Both the position numbers and the translations under genes were made by a program. A stretch of 64,000 nt of DNA from the human T2T-CHM13v2.0 reference genome, Homo sapiens. This document shows, piece after piece, positions 61,466-64,000 of the stretch. Location: assembly GCF_009914755.1 (NCBI RefSeq), contig NC_060926.1. One strand, 5' to 3'. The first letter of the stretch is position 1. The number at the start of each line of letters is the position of its first letter. A model generated the notes under the pieces. The model had not been told where the DNA came from. It saw only the letters and a program-made list of their open reading frames with translations, and did no database searches.

Positions 61466-61745
61466 GAGCCAAATAAAGAATGCAATCCTATTTAAAATAG
61501 CCATATATACAAAAATGAAATACCTAGGAATATATCTAGCCAGGGAGGTGAAATATCTCTACAAGGAGAAATTGCAAAACACTGCTGAAAAAATCATAGA
61601 TGACACAAATGGAAAAACATTCCATGCTCATGGATTGGAAGAATCAACACTGTTAAATCATCCATACTACCCAATGTAATATACAGATTCAGTGCTATTC
61701 GTATCAAACTATCAATATCATTTTTCACAGAACTAGAAAAAACTA
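61466..61745 (+). mobile_element. Inverted 5' segment of the same L1
   Basis: gagccaaataaagaatgcaat...tttcacagaactagaaaaaacta is the ORF2 stretch directly upstream of the minus-strand breakpoint. Confidence 0.85.
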
Positions 61746-61789
61746 CTTGATTTCTAAATTTAAATGACTTAGGTCTTATCCTATGTTAT

Positions 61790-62790
61790 TACCCACTAGG
61801 TGAATCTTGTAATAAGCTAGTTGATCCCCAAATTCTGTCTCAAGCTTGGGCCCCTCTCCTCAGCTCCAGATTTGTGTATCTGACTGCCAGACTGACATAC
61901 TCACACAGGCATCAGACAACTTTCAAAAATCTGCTCATCCACCAGATTTTCTCCTCTAAGAAAATGCTATATCCACCATGCAAGTATCTCAGGCTACAAA
62001 CATCCTTGATTCCTTGCTTTCTTTCATACTCCACAATCCATCCTTTATTAAGTACTGTCAACTCTATATTCCAAGCATGATCACTTCTCATCAACTCTAC
62101 TGCTATAATTCTAGCTCAAACTTCCATCCTATCTTACTCAGACCCATGCATCCTACATAGCAGGCAGAGTTATTTTTTCGAAGCAGAAATCTTATCATAA
62201 CAGTTCATTGCACAAATCTCTGCTGGTTTCCCATTGAAATTCCAAGTGCCTTGCCATGTCCAACAAGGACTACTTAATGGGGTTCCTGCTAGCTCTCAGA
62301 CCACATCCCATACCAGTCTTCCACCTTCTTTAGTCTCCAACCACTCTGATTTTTTGTATAACCCACAATTACAGAAAACTCTATCTCTTCTTGGTATATT
62401 TGCATTTGCTATTTCCTTGGCTTGGATTGTCTCCCTACCGCCTCATCCCATCCCATACTATCATACCATTTCTTCTTTGCTTTATTCAAGTCTAAACACA
62501 ATGCCAGATCTTTAGAGAAAACTCCATTAAGGAGCTAGGTAAACTAGAACATCCTTTCTTCCTTACCACTTCCTCTAGATGCTGTTTTGTTTTCTCTGTG
62601 ATATTTAAAATTATTTGAAGTGATCTTGTTTGTTTCTTGATGTGTTTCTTTTCTGTGTATCTCCTTATTTAAATGTTGACTAACGTTGGAACAAAGACTA
62701 CCTTATTTTTTTGCCCTATCGTAGGTACCTATCATATAATAGGTGATTAATACATATTTATTCAGTGAATTGTTCATTGTTGAATGAGTA
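61790..62790 (+). mobile_element. L2 remnant
   Basis: ctctcctcagctccagatt...caggcatc...tccttgattcc...; ends aggtgattaatacatatttatt...gttgaatgagt. Confidence 0.65.
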
Positions 62791-63334
62791 AATAGTTTAA
62801 AGTCATGTGGGTCTTGCCTGTAACCCAGGGTTATTTTATATTATATATAACTTGATAAAATAGCCCAAGAGGGTGATGACTTAATAAACACAAGACTGCA
62901 TGCATCATTTTCGTTTATGTAGAACAGGTAAATTGTCCCAGAATTCTACCAGTCTTAGTCTTTTATTCTTACATGCTCTTTGCCTCATTCTGATGAGATC
63001 TCTTATAAGACATTTAAACCTAAGCAAAAAGACAAGGAAGAATTATGTTTTACCTTCTGCCAGATTTACCTTCTGCCTAAAACAAACTAACAAACAAAAA
63101 AGGGCAAAAGAAAGAAAACTAAACAGAATCTATTCAAAATAGTTTTCAGTTTTTAAGACACTGGACATCAGGCATTGAAAGTGAGTAATCCTTAAGAGAT
63201 AGGAAACAAAAGAAGTCAGTCTTATAATTCTTCCAGTTTTACTGCCCAGGGAGTTTCTAGGCTGTGGCACAGGGAGAAACGAAAACACTTTTAAATAACA
63301 CATAGGGGAATTAAAACACCAAAAGGGAAAATAG

Positions 63335-63662
<328 letters not shown>

Positions 63663-63695
63663 TAAATAGGGCTTTTAAAAAATAATATATATTTA

Positions 63696-64000
<305 letters not shown>

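Overview
AT-rich, repeat-dense primate DNA, almost certainly human (it contains an AluYa5 and an SVA_E-like element), either intergenic or deep intronic. I cannot identify the locus. No intact protein-coding gene, RNA gene or CRISPR array is supported. The only ORFs with recognisable homology are fragments of a dead L1 ORF2 (1-4724); the other ORFs are Alu/L1/LTR artefacts or chance ORFs. The window is a layered record of transposition: an L1PA5-like copy split by a young antisense SVA with a clean target-site duplication (TSD), a 5'-truncated AluYa5, two L1PA16-like copies (one with a twin-priming 5' inversion), solo LTRs nested inside Alus and an L1, many Alu/FLAM, MIR, L2 and hAT remnants. 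It also has several perfect short tandem duplications and one template-switch-like inverted repeat. I found no evidence of a new biological system. The best leads are possibly polymorphic young insertions and local rearrangement scars. Subfamily names come from remembered consensus features, not from a RepeatMasker run, and boundaries of old elements are approximate.
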